From: a virus
Lineage: Duplodnaviria; Heunggongvirae; Uroviricota; Caudoviricetes
Direction: 5' to 3' (one strand)
IMG/VR virus record: IMGVR_UViG_2563366971_000005
DNA length: 41,744 nucleotides
Notes under the pieces: generated by a model
Told to the model about the DNA's origin: nothing
What the model saw: the letters and a program-made list of their open reading frames with translations, nothing else
Database searches by the model: none
Made by a program: the position numbers and the translations under genes
Part shown: piece by piece, positions 1 to 10,323 of the stretch
How positions within the stretch are numbered: position 1 is the stretch's first letter
How the letters are laid out: every line of letters starts with the position of its first letter

Positions 1-342
1 CCTTATCCCGCGGCGTTACATGGTCAATTTGATTCCATTTCCATGTTTTACCTTCTTCACTGCCTGCCTGGAAATATATCTACAAAAAGCTGTGTAATAC
101 GCAATGCGGCGCAGGCCTTAACTGACGATGGAACTCTATACGGAGCCACAATTCTTGGCGATGGAGTTGTGCACAATAGCTTCGGTCAAAAACTGATGCG
201 CATTTACAATCAGAAAGGCATCTTTTCAAACACAAAAGATTCCGAAGAAGGCTTAACACATATACTCTCAGAGCATTTCGAGAATGTTAAAACCAAGGTT
301 CAAGGTACTGTAGTAATGTTTTCCGCTTCAGGGAAAAAATAG
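1..342 (+). CDS. Hypothetical protein, 5' end open at window edge (partial CDS)
   Basis: Frame of ORF 43..342 has no stop back to position 1, so the CDS may begin upstream of the window; no family recognised. Confidence 0.3.
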   Translation, partial: PYPAALHGQFDSISMFYLLHCLPGNISTKSCVIRNAAQALTDDGTLYGATILGDGVVHNSFGQKLMRIYNQKGIFSNTKDSEEGLTHILSEHFENVKTKVQGTVVMFSASGKK

Positions 343-544
343 CATCCAACCGCAGCACGTTCTTGCTTAAGACGTGCTGCGGCATAATCCCAATGATTAC
401 TCCCTGACAGGGTTCGTAGGCCACTCAATATCAGGTGCAGTTGATGTATCAACACGGTTCAGCAACACCCTGCATGCCTTCCATGCCGCCAGCAATGATG
501 TTTCCTCCTTCGTTGCATATACTGCTCACCTTTTTCACCCACGA

Positions 545-766
545 TTAACCAACAGCCAGATTCGCAGGCACGCCCCACCACGGCATATTCATACGCTTGC
601 CATGCCCGAACATTTCAATCCAGCGATATTCTGCCTGGGTGTGTTCACGCGCAATGAAGAACGTACAACCGGCTATCGCCCCGTAAGCCCAGTTTCCGGT
701 AAAAAGACCAGCCAGTACCTGCACCGCCACGGCACAAAGCGCATGAAGTATCGACGTGATATCCAT
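545..766 (-). CDS. Small hydrophobic protein, unknown function
   Basis: 73-aa ORF with ATG start and upstream AAGGA; hydrophobic N-terminal half; lies 9 nt downstream of the acidic ORF 776..1054. Confidence 0.4.
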   Translation of the reverse strand: MDITSILHALCAVAVQVLAGLFTGNWAYGAIAGCTFFIAREHTQAEYRWIEMFGHGKRMNMPWWGVPANLAVG

Positions 767-775
767 CTGCTATCC

Positions 776-1054
776 TTAAAACCACTCCCTGAGCGGGCGC
801 TCTGGTGTAACCACCCACTCACGGAACACGGAATCATCAAATCCATCGTCAAGAAGACGGATATTAACAAAGTACCCTTCGTTTCGCGTGTATTCTGGTT
901 CTCCGTCATCAGAAACATCTGTCTCCCTGAACGTAAAACCAATCTCATCAACCAGAACGGCATTCTGCAGCTCTTCGTCCTCTTCCCAGTTAAGTTTCCT
1001 GAGAAATGCCCTGAAATCTGCTTTATCACTGAAACGCAACGTGAAATCTCTCAC
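776..1054 (-). CDS. Small acidic protein translationally coupled to tail fibre gene (possible fibre chaperone or DNA-mimic-like protein)
   Basis: 92-aa ORF, about 24 Asp/Glu, no internal Met; GTG start overlaps the stf stop (GTGA) and is preceded by GGGGAGG. Confidence 0.45.
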   Translation of the reverse strand: MRDFTLRFSDKADFRAFLRKLNWEEDEELQNAVLVDEIGFTFRETDVSDDGEPEYTRNEGYFVNIRLLDDGFDDSVFREWVVTPERPLREWF

Positions 1055-3114
1055 TCCACAACCTCCCCAAGCTGCGCATCTGTTAGCTCTTTATGCCAGA
1101 GACGAAAATTCCTCACATGCCCAAATAAATGGCGTAATCCTGCTGTAGTTTGTCCACCAATGCGAATGGTTGCTGTACTCCGGATATATTCCCATTTGGT
1201 TTTAGTTTCGCTGCTTAACTTACCGTTACTGACTACACATGTGGACCGTTCGGACTTTACCCGCATACCAATAAGCATTTTTTTCAGCCCGGCATTTTCA
1301 TTTATTCGTCGGTTTGAACCACCAATATCACAATACGGAAAACCGTCGTACCCACCTGATGAACCAAACCCCATTACGATCCCCGCATCTGCCTGATGCC
1401 GGTATGTGTCAAAAACACGTGGCGCTGCATTTGGCGTTTTATACCAGTTCTTATGTACCTCACAAAGAACCGTAAAAGGAAGATTATAAAGATTATTCTT
1501 AATCGGAACTGTAACCATATCGCTTGCCCGCGTTACCGGTGCCGTCCCCGTAACAATAAAAGATGATGCGCCTGTACCAGCCTCAATCTGTGGAGTGGTT
1601 ACATCGAGATAATCCCTTGATGCAACCATCTGCCCTGTATCCGGAGAATACTGGACAAAACCGCCAACCGTATTTTCTGTTGTATCTGCTTTTAATGTAG
1701 CCTCAAAAAATATCCAGCCAGTTGCATCATCCTTAACAGACCTTGCTGTAACACGGCTTGTCTGACCTGTCTTGCTAATTATGCGGGTGGTAAGGTTCAG
1801 GCTTGCTGCTCCTATTGATGTCCTTACCTCCCCATCATAATGTTCAAATAAAATACGAACGGCGATATTATCAACTTCACTTTTTACCCGACAGGATATA
1901 GTTACATACTTTTCGTCCCCTGAAGTATCAACCCCTCCGGTACTCGAATACAGTCCGATAATGGTATGCGCTTTACTTGTACCAACAATCGAATCCTGTA
2001 CGACAAACCGGCCATAATTAAACCCGAAACTATCTGTGCCTGTTTCTGTAACGTCCAGTGAAGTTGACTTATTCCACTTCGAAGGGTCTGTACTGTTCGG
2101 GAAGAAGTTCGTTCTTTGCCCCTCAATAAGCAGGCCATCACACTCAAATCGTGGCTCATTAATTTCCGCCGTTTTCAGTTCGCCAGATTTGTTGATATAT
2201 GTTGCCGTTGATGCGCGACTGAAATTAACCTGTTTATCACTGGCAACCTGAACCACATTATCACCAATCTTCACTTTTTTATAACCCGGAGAATAGCCCG
2301 TAATCATATCCAGCGAATCATTAAAGGGTATCCACACATCCGGCAGCGGCTGTAAAACATATCTGTACGGCTCTGCTGTCTGGTTTGCGTATTCTCTGGC
2401 AGCATCTTCACTTGCTTTTGCTGCCGTCTGGCTTGCTGCCGATGCTTTCGCCGAGTTCGCCGCCGCTGTTTCGCTCACCTTTGCGTTGGCTTCACTGTCT
2501 TTGGCATTCGTCTCACTGGTTTTCGCTGCCGTCTGGCTGGATTTTGCGTTTTTTTCGCTGGCCTTTGTGGCTGTCTCGCTATTTTTCGCGTTGGTTTCTG
2601 ATTTTTTGGCTGCTGTCGCGGAGTTTGCCGATGCAGTCTGCGAGGCCGCTGCCGCCTGTGCGCTGTTAGCTGCATTCGTTTCTGAGGTTTTCGCCGCATT
2701 CTTCGATGAGGCTGCTGCCGTTTCGGATTTCTTTGCCGCCGCTGCACTCTGTGATGACGCTCCGGCATGACGTGCCACTTCATTCACCATCAGCTCAAAA
2801 CGGCGCAGTGCCTCCGGACGAACATCATCCTCCGTCATGGCACCGAGAAAATCATTCAGCGTACCTGGTCTGGAACCTTCATAGACGGTAATGGTCCCGG
2901 CATGTGAAGGCGGAAAACCTTCAACCAGCAGGATGACGCTGTACTGGCCATACTCAACATCCATGCTGTAACGCCCGGCTTCATCCGGATTTTCAGAGGC
3001 CACCGTGTTCACCACCACCGTGCTGCTGGTCCGTCTGGCCTTCAGCACAATGGTGCAGTTCTGTACTGGTTTTCCTGTGCCATCTTTAAGCACGCCAGAA
3101 ATTTTTACTGTCAT
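1051..3114 (-). CDS. stf: Side tail fibre protein (lambda Stf-like N-terminus, divergent C-terminal domain)
   Basis: N-terminus MTVKISGVLKDGTGKPVQNCTI... matches lambda Stf; Ala/Ser/Thr-rich KxSETNA repeats; divergent C-terminal region. Confidence 0.9.
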   Translation of the reverse strand: MTVKISGVLKDGTGKPVQNCTIVLKARRTSSTVVVNTVASENPDEAGRYSMDVEYGQYSVILLVEGFPPSHAGTITVYEGSRPGTLNDFLGAMTEDDVRPEALRRFELMVNEVARHAGASSQSAAAAKKSETAAASSKNAAKTSETNAANSAQAAAASQTASANSATAAKKSETNAKNSETATKASEKNAKSSQTAAKTSETNAKDSEANAKVSETAAANSAKASAASQTAAKASEDAAREYANQTAEPYRYVLQPLPDVWIPFNDSLDMITGYSPGYKKVKIGDNVVQVASDKQVNFSRASTATYINKSGELKTAEINEPRFECDGLLIEGQRTNFFPNSTDPSKWNKSTSLDVTETGTDSFGFNYGRFVVQDSIVGTSKAHTIIGLYSSTGGVDTSGDEKYVTISCRVKSEVDNIAVRILFEHYDGEVRTSIGAASLNLTTRIISKTGQTSRVTARSVKDDATGWIFFEATLKADTTENTVGGFVQYSPDTGQMVASRDYLDVTTPQIEAGTGASSFIVTGTAPVTRASDMVTVPIKNNLYNLPFTVLCEVHKNWYKTPNAAPRVFDTYRHQADAGIVMGFGSSGGYDGFPYCDIGGSNRRINENAGLKKMLIGMRVKSERSTCVVSNGKLSSETKTKWEYIRSTATIRIGGQTTAGLRHLFGHVRNFRLWHKELTDAQLGEVVE

Positions 3115-3126
3115 ACTTTTCCACCA

Positions 3127-3161
3127 ATAAAAAAAGCCCGCAGCAGTGACGCCACGGGCTT
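3127..3161 (-). terminator. Intrinsic terminator candidate downstream of lom
   Basis: Stem aagcccg/cgggctt with 14-nt loop, followed on the - strand by a T-run (A-run 3127..3135 on +). Confidence 0.45.
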
Positions 3162-3265
3162 CAGGACAGTGTAACTTTACGTTTCCTCAAACGCAGTTCA
3201 CCCCATAAGGCGGATGAACCTGCGTATCATAACAATATTTACAGAAGATAAATCGGCGTCTGTTG

Positions 3266-3865
3266 TCAGAAACGGTATCCGATACCAACAATAAATGCAT
3301 CCGTTCGCCAGTCGCCACTGCCGGAGCCTTCATAAGCAATATCAATGGCCACGGATTCGGTCGGGTTAAACTGCACGCCAGCTCCCCACGCCAGAGAGGT
3401 ATTGCTGTGGCGACCGTCATCACTTCCGGTCAGCACGTCGTGCGTTTTCCCCTTGTTGTCAGTTACGCGGAGATAATCCCCGGAGAAAGTCGACACACGG
3501 CTGTAAGCCACACCTGCCATCGCATAAGCACTGAACCATTCATTCACGCGCACAGACGGCCCCGCCATTACGCTGAACCAGCGGTTACGCACGGAATCTT
3601 CATGCCAGCGGGTATCGCTGTAATGCGTTTTTTGCTCATCTTTGGCATTGGCATAACTGAATGACGTCACCAGCCCCAGCGTGTCCGTAAACTCATAACG
3701 GTATTTCACGTTAATCCCGTTCAGATCATCGCTGCCAGGCATATCAGTATGGGTCTGAAGATACCCGGCGCTTAGTGTGGACTGATGCTCTGCTGCGCTC
3801 GCTGGCGTACCAGCGGCAACCAGCCAGACTACTGCGGACAGAATAACAGCACATAATTTACGCAT
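3266..3865 (-). CDS. lom: Outer membrane protein Lom (Ail/Lom family beta-barrel)
   Basis: 199-aa ORF with signal peptide; C-terminus ...AYEGSGSGDWRTDAFIVGIGYRF matches lambda Lom. Confidence 0.9.
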   Translation of the reverse strand: MRKLCAVILSAVVWLVAAGTPASAAEHQSTLSAGYLQTHTDMPGSDDLNGINVKYRYEFTDTLGLVTSFSYANAKDEQKTHYSDTRWHEDSVRNRWFSVMAGPSVRVNEWFSAYAMAGVAYSRVSTFSGDYLRVTDNKGKTHDVLTGSDDGRHSNTSLAWGAGVQFNPTESVAIDIAYEGSGSGDWRTDAFIVGIGYRF

Positions 3866-3887
3866 AATTACCTCTCGCTTTTCTGCA

Positions 3888-3913
3888 ATAAAAAAGGCAC
3901 CATTTCTGGCGCC
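3888..3913 (-). terminator. Weak hairpin plus T-run between J and lom
   Basis: Imperfect stem ggcacc/ggcgcc followed on - strand by TTTTTT; one mismatch in stem. Confidence 0.3.
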
Positions 3914-3932
3914 CGTATTGGGGTTATAAAAT

Positions 3933-6900
3933 TCAGCTAATCGTGATGCCTGCAGTGGCTTTCTTCATCACAACAACCAGCAAATCGCTGATACTTGCTG
4001 TGGGATACCAGCCATTTACCCACCATGCTGATACAGAAAACTCCAGCGTCATGTGACCGCGACCAGCAGGCATATCAATAACACCACTGTAAACCAGCGT
4101 ATTATCCAGCGCGGTACGGTTATAAATTTCAGCACCGTTTTTCTTCACTATCAGGCGGCATGACGAATAAGTATCGCTGTTCTCCCGCTCATGTCTGGCA
4201 CCGCTGAAAGCCACCGCCGGAATAACAATCTGCCGGTTAAACGGCTGATCGTCATAAACCCTGACGGTAATGGTTCCTGATGGCCAACGCTTCGGTGCAC
4301 GGGAGTCACGGGGGAAAGCCTTACCCACTGTTTTAACGAGATCGCCTTCAATCTGGTTTGCAGACAGTTTCCCTCTGATGACACAGTTCTCGTTAATGGT
4401 GACATTATTGAGCGTGCCGGTATTCGCCGTGATGGCTCCACTGATATCCGCATTGCGGGCTGTCAGCCTGCCATCCGGCGTCAGGGAAAACGTCGGAGGA
4501 TTGCCGGATGACGTGATGCTCACCGCAAACAGTCGCTTCAGGAACACGTCGTTCATGAACAGCTGATTCCCCTGCGCCACAAACAGCGGCGTGGTGTTGC
4601 CGTTCTCCGGGGTAATCATCGCAATGCGATCGGCCTGCAGCAGAATGTTACTCAGGGTCTGATCATCAACATCCTCAATCCCCGCGCCAATCCCGGCCAC
4701 ATAGGGAATACCGTTTTTTGTTTTCTGCACCTTCAGCATATACATGGCATTCAGCTCATTGCGCGTGTCTGACTGAACCCGCTGGATTTGCTGTATGGTC
4801 ACGGCCTGGTCACCCAGCTTTTTATCCGTGGTCGAGGTAATTTCACTCCCTTTTTTATCCACGTACTGGCGGACCTGTGCTATCTGTCGGGCGTTTTCTG
4901 ACTGCCCCTGGCTGACAGTCTGTGAGATTTCACTGCTCACCCGGTCCACTTTCTGGCTCACCTGCGCGATGGCCAGTGTCTGGTCCTCATTCTTTTTCGC
5001 AACCAGCTGCGTGAGGCTGTTTTCCGCCTTCCCGATTTTCCGGGTCACTTCTGCGATATCCGTGTCCATCCGCTGACGGATATCTTCTTCCAGTTGCGTG
5101 ACCTCCGTACGCAGCGCTGAAGCATCAATGCGCTCTTTCAGTGCCTGACCCAGAAGCGTCTCATCTATCAGCCCCCGGAAAATTTCCAGATACCCTTCAC
5201 CATCATTGCTGGGCTGCCCGCTGGCTTCCACAAAAGCAGATTTCCCCACCAGGTTGACGCTGCGCACGTAAAACCAGAAATCCGTCCCCGGCTTAATCCG
5301 GCTCCCCTGGACAGTCCACTGACTGCCGGTCCCCAGATAACGGGCAGATTTTTCCACCTGTGCCGTGTTCGTGATGCGTTTTTCTGAGAACCAGAATTCA
5401 AACTGTACCGTCGGGTCATACACCGCAAGACGCGGGACCGCCGTTATCTGAAAATACCCCGGCGTCAGCTCAATGGTGGCGGGTTTTGCAGGTGCGTTAA
5501 TCCGGAAGGTGGTGGTGGCAGGTTCACCCTGCTGGCCATAACTGTTTATCGCCCGCACCGTCAGGGTGTATTCCCCCAGTGGCAGGCCACTGAAACGGTG
5601 CTCCGTGTCTGCGGTGATGGCGGTGGTCACCAGTCTGGCATCCGTTCCCTTACCACTGGTCAGGCGCAGACTGAAGCGCACGCCCTTCACCACCCGCGGC
5701 GTGTCCCATTTAGCCTGCGCCAGATACTGGCCGTCAGCTGCGCTCACCTCCACCGTCAGGTGCTGTACTGCCGGTGGGATGACGCTGTTCAGGGAGCCTG
5801 ACTGCGGCTCAAAGCGGGCACCGTTATCCACGATGGCTTCTTTTTCCGGTACGTGCTGCACCGCCGTGATGGCAAAGGTGCCGTCCGTGTTTTCCCGGAT
5901 GGAGACACAGCGGAACAGGCGACGGCGCAGTGACGGCAGGGAGAGTCCCCACACACCGTATGTCTCCACACCATCCGGCAGGGTGCTGACCTGTATCCGG
6001 TCAGGCGCGGGGTGTGCGGTGATGGCCACGCTCGCCGGCTTACCGCTGCCGTTAATCAGATTAACAGTGGCCGTGCCGGTCTCCGGCAGTGTCACCTCCC
6101 GGTCCAGCGTCAGGGTACGGCTGGCGGCATCGATGGACAGGACACGTCCGCCGGTCATGGTCCCGGCATAGTCGTTATCACAGATTTCAATGATGTCACC
6201 GGGTGTGTGCCGCAGCCCCTGAGACCCGAGCGTGAAATCCACCGTCTGCGTTTCCAGCAGTTCGGTCTTTATCACCCACAGCCCGGCACGGTGGGCCTGA
6301 CCGCGGCTGGTACAGCCGAACGCGTCCATCTTCAGCAGGTTGCGTCCGTAGCGCAGTATGGCTTCCGGGTCTTCCACCAGTTCCGTGGAGGTCTGCCAGC
6401 CGTTCTGCGGGTCGGTGTAATTCACCTCCACCGCCGTGTGCCGGTCCTTCAGGGCACTGAAGCTGTAGCGGAACCCCACGCCGTTATCATCCACCACCAC
6501 ATCGCTGTTGGTGTACGGCCACACCACATCCGACGGGCGGTCCTGAACGAACGTCAGCGTCTGACCGTTCCATACCGGCATACAGCGCATCGCAGAGCAG
6601 AAATCACTGAGAACGTCCCACGCCTTACGCTGTTGTGCCAGGTACGCATTAAAGGTCATCCGCGGCTCGGTCCCCCCGAAACCATCCGGGACCGTCTGGT
6701 CGCAGTACTGCCCGATGGCATACAGCGCCCACTTGTCCACATCCGCCGCCCCCAGACGTTTTCCCATGCCGTAGCGCGGGTGAGTCAGCATGTCCCACAG
6801 GCACCAGGCCGGGTTGTTGCTGTATGCCGGTTTCAGACTGCCGTCCCAGATACCACTGTACGTGCGTTTTTCCGGGTCATAGTTTGACGGCACCTGGATG

Positions 6901-7625
6901 ATGCGACCGCGGATATGGTAGTTCACCGTCATCTGCTGGCCGCCGAACTGCTCCGCATCCACCTGCAGCCCCACAATGGCCGTGTTCGGGTAGCACTGTT
7001 TCACATCGATGATTTCGGTGTATGACGACCACAGCGTCTTATTCTGCAGCTGGTCCGTGGTGCTGTCCGCCGTCTCCCTGACCATCCGGATGTTAAAGGG
7101 CCGGGGAGGCAGATTATCCAGAATCACCGAGGCCAGGAACTGTGAGGTGGTCTTGCCGTTAATGGTGACGTCCTTTTCCGTCACCCAGCGGCCATTACGC
7201 TGTAACTGAATCAGAATCCGGACAGAGGAAGGATTACGGTCGCCCTTTGACGTGGTCTGCACCAGTGACTGCACCCCGAAGGTAACCCGCAGGCGGTCAA
7301 TGTTCGCGGACGTAATGGTGCGCGTCACCGGTTTTGCCTTCGTCACTTCCACGCCCAGTCCGGTTTCAGCTCCGGAGGACTCAAAGCCTTCCGGTGGTGT
7401 CTGCTCCTGCTCCCCGGCACGCCAGACCGCGGTCACACCGTGTATCACGGGATTACCGTCCGTGTCCGTCAGCGGGGTTTTGTTCACCAGGATACTCTGC
7501 AGTCCCTTCACCGGACCTTCTATCGGTCCCTCACCAATCGCATCAATCACACTCATCATCTGCGTGGATTTGAGATTATCCTTCGCCTCACGAGGCGTGT
7601 GTGCCTTACCGCCACCTTTTCCCAT
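3933..7625 (-). CDS. J: Tail tip / host specificity protein J
   Basis: 1230-aa ORF; N-terminus [22 protein letters not shown]... and much of the length match lambda gpJ. Confidence 0.95.
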   Translation of the reverse strand: MGKGGGKAHTPREAKDNLKSTQMMSVIDAIGEGPIEGPVKGLQSILVNKTPLTDTDGNPVIHGVTAVWRAGEQEQTPPEGFESSGAETGLGVEVTKAKPVTRTITSANIDRLRVTFGVQSLVQTTSKGDRNPSSVRILIQLQRNGRWVTEKDVTINGKTTSQFLASVILDNLPPRPFNIRMVRETADSTTDQLQNKTLWSSYTEIIDVKQCYPNTAIVGLQVDAEQFGGQQMTVNYHIRGRIIQVPSNYDPEKRTYSGIWDGSLKPAYSNNPAWCLWDMLTHPRYGMGKRLGAADVDKWALYAIGQYCDQTVPDGFGGTEPRMTFNAYLAQQRKAWDVLSDFCSAMRCMPVWNGQTLTFVQDRPSDVVWPYTNSDVVVDDNGVGFRYSFSALKDRHTAVEVNYTDPQNGWQTSTELVEDPEAILRYGRNLLKMDAFGCTSRGQAHRAGLWVIKTELLETQTVDFTLGSQGLRHTPGDIIEICDNDYAGTMTGGRVLSIDAASRTLTLDREVTLPETGTATVNLINGSGKPASVAITAHPAPDRIQVSTLPDGVETYGVWGLSLPSLRRRLFRCVSIRENTDGTFAITAVQHVPEKEAIVDNGARFEPQSGSLNSVIPPAVQHLTVEVSAADGQYLAQAKWDTPRVVKGVRFSLRLTSGKGTDARLVTTAITADTEHRFSGLPLGEYTLTVRAINSYGQQGEPATTTFRINAPAKPATIELTPGYFQITAVPRLAVYDPTVQFEFWFSEKRITNTAQVEKSARYLGTGSQWTVQGSRIKPGTDFWFYVRSVNLVGKSAFVEASGQPSNDGEGYLEIFRGLIDETLLGQALKERIDASALRTEVTQLEEDIRQRMDTDIAEVTRKIGKAENSLTQLVAKKNEDQTLAIAQVSQKVDRVSSEISQTVSQGQSENARQIAQVRQYVDKKGSEITSTTDKKLGDQAVTIQQIQRVQSDTRNELNAMYMLKVQKTKNGIPYVAGIGAGIEDVDDQTLSNILLQADRIAMITPENGNTTPLFVAQGNQLFMNDVFLKRLFAVSITSSGNPPTFSLTPDGRLTARNADISGAITANTGTLNNVTINENCVIRGKLSANQIEGDLVKTVGKAFPRDSRAPKRWPSGTITVRVYDDQPFNRQIVIPAVAFSGARHERENSDTYSSCRLIVKKNGAEIYNRTALDNTLVYSGVIDMPAGRGHMTLEFSVSAWWVNGWYPTASISDLLVVVMKKATAGITIS

Positions 7626-7731
7626 ACAGCCTTCCCCTGAATAAATTAACCGCCACTTGCCATTCCGTACAGAAGTCGGATATCCTTCGCCCGAAAAGCA
7701 TGAAACACATTTCTGCCATGCTAAAGAGAAA

Positions 7732-7764
7732 CCCCGGTATCAGCAGATACCGGGGTTTTCTTTC
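7732..7764. terminator. Perfect 10-bp hairpin flanked by T-rich sequence on both strands (bidirectional terminator candidate)
   Basis: ccccggtatc / gataccgggg stem with 4-nt loop, then ttttctttc on +. Confidence 0.5.
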
Positions 7765-7821
7765 ATGCCCACCGATAATCCTGTTGGTTAAAACCGGTAA
7801 TGGCATAAAAATTCTGAATAT

Positions 7822-7858
7822 CTTCACATTTTCACAAAATCCCTGTGGCACTTATAAT
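7822..7858 (+). promoter_or_regulatory. Sigma70-like promoter candidate in I-J intergenic region
   Basis: ttcaca (7831..7836), 16-nt spacer, tataat (7853..7858). Confidence 0.4.
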
Positions 7859-7865
7859 TTCTCTG

Positions 7866-7957
7866 CGTTAATTTTTTTTGTCGTGACATAAGAATAATTA
7901 TCTATAGTTGATCTTCGTAACGCTCCCGCAGCTCCGCAACTCTGCGGGATTTTTTTA
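7866..7957 (+). ncRNA. Candidate small RNA (about 90 nt) between promoter and intrinsic terminator, antisense orientation to the late operon
   Basis: Promoter-like element upstream, no credible ORF, ends at hairpin 7924..7948 followed by 7 T. Confidence 0.35.
7924..7956 (+). terminator. Intrinsic terminator (+ strand)
   Basis: Stem tcccgcag/ctgcggga, 10-nt loop, followed by ttttttt. Confidence 0.55.
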
Positions 7958-7963
7958 TTCTTT

Positions 7964-8644
7964 TTACCCCTGCCGCCCGATAACCACGACCTTTCCGCCC
8001 CCGCCTTCATCACGGGTGCTGATGTCCTGGGATATACGGCGGGAGCCAACCAGCATTTCCCCGTAAGGCACCGGCATCGGGTTCCCCTGGGCAATCATGT
8101 TATCCAGCGAGGAAAAGTACGTGTTCTGTCTGCCGTTATCCGTTACGCGGTAATCCGGTGTTTTTGCCTTCGGGGCCAGCATCTGTGCCACACCGCCCAG
8201 TATCATGCTGGCCCCCAGTGAAAACAGCATCGTGGTGGCAGAAAAACCACCGGCTGCCAGGGCTGAACCCCATAACGCCATCGAGGCACCGGCCGTGAAG
8301 AAAGAGCCCACGATGGCTGCCGCCCCCAGCACAATCTGCAGTCCGCCCTTTCCGGCTCCGGCCAGTCGCGGCACAATGTGGATGACCGTTCCCTCACCCA
8401 GCTGTTCGTGAAGACGGGCGTACACCGCCTCCGGTGCCGTGTCATCACCGGCAATACGTATCTGGTACCAGCCTTCGTTCATCTGACGGCGAAAGCCCGG
8501 CACCTGTAACGACAGGGCACGGATGGCTTCCGCTGCCGTGTTCACATACAGGCTGAGGCGGCGGCCAAATCGTTGCAAATCCCCGTGAAGGCAGATGCGT
8601 GCCAGTGGCGGTGACGCCAGACAGAATGCGTTCGTCGTTGCCAT
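7964..8644 (-). CDS. I: Tail assembly protein I
   Basis: 226-aa ORF matching lambda gpI (…ARICLHGDLQRFGRR…); overlaps K 3' end as in lambda. Confidence 0.9.
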   Translation of the reverse strand: MATTNAFCLASPPLARICLHGDLQRFGRRLSLYVNTAAEAIRALSLQVPGFRRQMNEGWYQIRIAGDDTAPEAVYARLHEQLGEGTVIHIVPRLAGAGKGGLQIVLGAAAIVGSFFTAGASMALWGSALAAGGFSATTMLFSLGASMILGGVAQMLAPKAKTPDYRVTDNGRQNTYFSSLDNMIAQGNPMPVPYGEMLVGSRRISQDISTRDEGGGGKVVVIGRQG

Positions 8645-9285
8645 TTTTCGGAATACCTCTCCCGTTTACTCAGTTGTTCAGGCAGATGGTGAAGCAGCTC
8701 ACCGTTGCCGCAGTAAATGGCGGCATGGTTCGGTACCGAAGCACCAAAGCAGCACAGCAGAATATCGCCCGCCTGTGCAGAGGACAGGGGCACCCGGTAA
8801 AAGCCGGTGACCGCCATATTGTCCAGGTAAAGGTTCTGACCGTTGCGCCACCAGTCATCCTCGCGATGAAAATCCGGCATTTCAGTCCCCGCCAGATGGT
8901 ATGCATCCCGGAACAGGGTGTAACAGTCCGTCACCCCGTGCTCAAAGCGCCGTCCCGTCAGGTGCGGCACGCAGCGGAATTTGTGAATGTCACCCCGGCA
9001 GACCAGCCACCAGGGCAGTGCGCTCTTTATCTGCAGCCGCCGGTCCGCCTCGCTCAGCCAGGGCAGACCACCGGGATGACTGTGGACCAGCGCCACAATC
9101 TCCCCCTGCATCTCTGCCCGCAGCCAGTCTTCCGGTGCGATACGAAAATACGCCTCCGGCTCTGCGGAAATATTCACACAAGGGATATACCGCTCCCCCT
9201 CCGGCGTGCTTATCACGAAGCCGCACGACTCCGCAGGCGCACACCGCCGGGCATGCGCCAGAATCGCTGATTCAGTCTGTGTCAT
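8542..9285 (-). CDS. K: Tail assembly protein K (NlpC/P60 + JAB/MPN-like)
   Basis: Start chosen at MTQTESAILAHARRC (ATG 9285), matching lambda gpK; HSHP motif; long ORF 8542..9546 is an upstream extension. Confidence 0.88.
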   Translation of the reverse strand: MTQTESAILAHARRCAPAESCGFVISTPEGERYIPCVNISAEPEAYFRIAPEDWLRAEMQGEIVALVHSHPGGLPWLSEADRRLQIKSALPWWLVCRGDIHKFRCVPHLTGRRFEHGVTDCYTLFRDAYHLAGTEMPDFHREDDWWRNGQNLYLDNMAVTGFYRVPLSSAQAGDILLCCFGASVPNHAAIYCGNGELLHHLPEQLSKRERYSEKWQRRTHSVWRHRHWHASAFTGICNDLAAASACM

Positions 9286-9295
9286 AAACCGGGAT

Positions 9296-9994
9296 TTACT
9301 GCGAAAGTTTATTAATGGAAAGGAAACCGCCAAAATTGCCGACATTCCTGCGCAGTTCACACCCGCGCATGCACTTGCTGCATCTGTCCTTACGGATATC
9401 CGTGGTGGGTTTATCGAACTCATCCGCCACTGCCCCGCCCGTGTAACCACACTCATCAGAGCGGTAGGTCCACATACAGGTGTTCGCCAGCATGATACGA
9501 CCGGGAAACAGCGCCCCGTCCGTCTCGGTCGGTGTGGCCAGCACAAACGAGGCCGTCATGGCTGTCAGCTGCGACATCTGCTCCACCACCCAGCGGTCAC
9601 TCAGCTCCTGCTCCGGGTCCGCCTCCGGATTGCCCGCAACGAAATTCACCGCATCCAGAAAACGGGCATACACCCGGCGGCGGACCACCGTGGCCCCCAC
9701 CAGACTCTGCAGGTCTTCCGCCATCCCGGTGACCAGACCGAACAGATTGGACACCGTCAGCGACGGTCTGGCACTGCTGCCCTTCCCGCTCATCTCAAAA
9801 CCGCTGCCGTCAATCGGGTATGCCTCATACTTACGCCCCTGCCAGGTGACCGGCTCCCCTTTTTCATTCAGCTCATTACAGAAAAAATACCGCTCACCGC
9901 CCTGTACCGTCAGGTCGATTTCCCAGAGTACCACCCGCGGTGACGGCTCTGATTTAACCGACTCGTTCAGACTTTCTTCGTGAATATCCTGCAT
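9296..9994 (-). CDS. L: Minor tail protein L
   Basis: 232-aa ORF, lambda gpL-like, position between M and K. Confidence 0.9.
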   Translation of the reverse strand: MQDIHEESLNESVKSEPSPRVVLWEIDLTVQGGERYFFCNELNEKGEPVTWQGRKYEAYPIDGSGFEMSGKGSSARPSLTVSNLFGLVTGMAEDLQSLVGATVVRRRVYARFLDAVNFVAGNPEADPEQELSDRWVVEQMSQLTAMTASFVLATPTETDGALFPGRIMLANTCMWTYRSDECGYTGGAVADEFDKPTTDIRKDRCSKCMRGCELRRNVGNFGGFLSINKLSQ

Positions 9995-10323
9995 CAGTTC
10001 ACCACCTGCTTAAACTCCGCGCTGAACTCAACGCGCAACATCCCGACCCGCGCAGACCACCCGGCACAGGTCACCTTTATCTGCCGGTATGCATAGGGTG
10101 GCTTCCACAAAAATGCCTTCCAGCCCCCGTGCTCTGCCAGGAACGCTTCCAGATGCCGGGCCTCCTCCCGGGTCACGGAAAGCGTCACCCTGTATGTTTT
10201 CAGGTCAGCATTCAGCCCTGCCGCCATACGCTGTGAGTACCCGTCACCAAAACGCACTTCACGCACCGATGGCTGCGAGTTCACCTCCATATCCGGCTTC
10301 ACTTTCCAGCGAAAGGTTTTCAT
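9994..10323 (-). CDS. M: Minor tail protein M
   Basis: 109-aa ORF, lambda gpM-like. Confidence 0.9.
   Translation of the reverse strand: MKTFRWKVKPDMEVNSQPSVREVRFGDGYSQRMAAGLNADLKTYRVTLSVTREEARHLEAFLAEHGGWKAFLWKPPYAYRQIKVTCAGWSARVGMLRVEFSAEFKQVVN

Noticed and set aside
374-1396. 340-aa + strand ORF
   Set aside because: Antisense to the well-supported stf and coupled small genes; no RBS or family signal; likely a spurious long frame in GC-rich DNA
5566-6887. + strand ORFs of 201 and 291 aa inside J
   Set aside because: Antisense to gene J, which is supported along its whole length; Arg/Ala/Pro-rich composition typical of spurious frames
7601-7891. 96-aa + strand ORF across I-J intergenic region
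   Set aside because: Reads through two strong hairpins and the promoter-like element; more likely non-coding
9286-9546. N-terminal extension of K ORF (334-aa version)
   Set aside because: Overlaps L and lacks similarity to K; the MTQTES start matches lambda K
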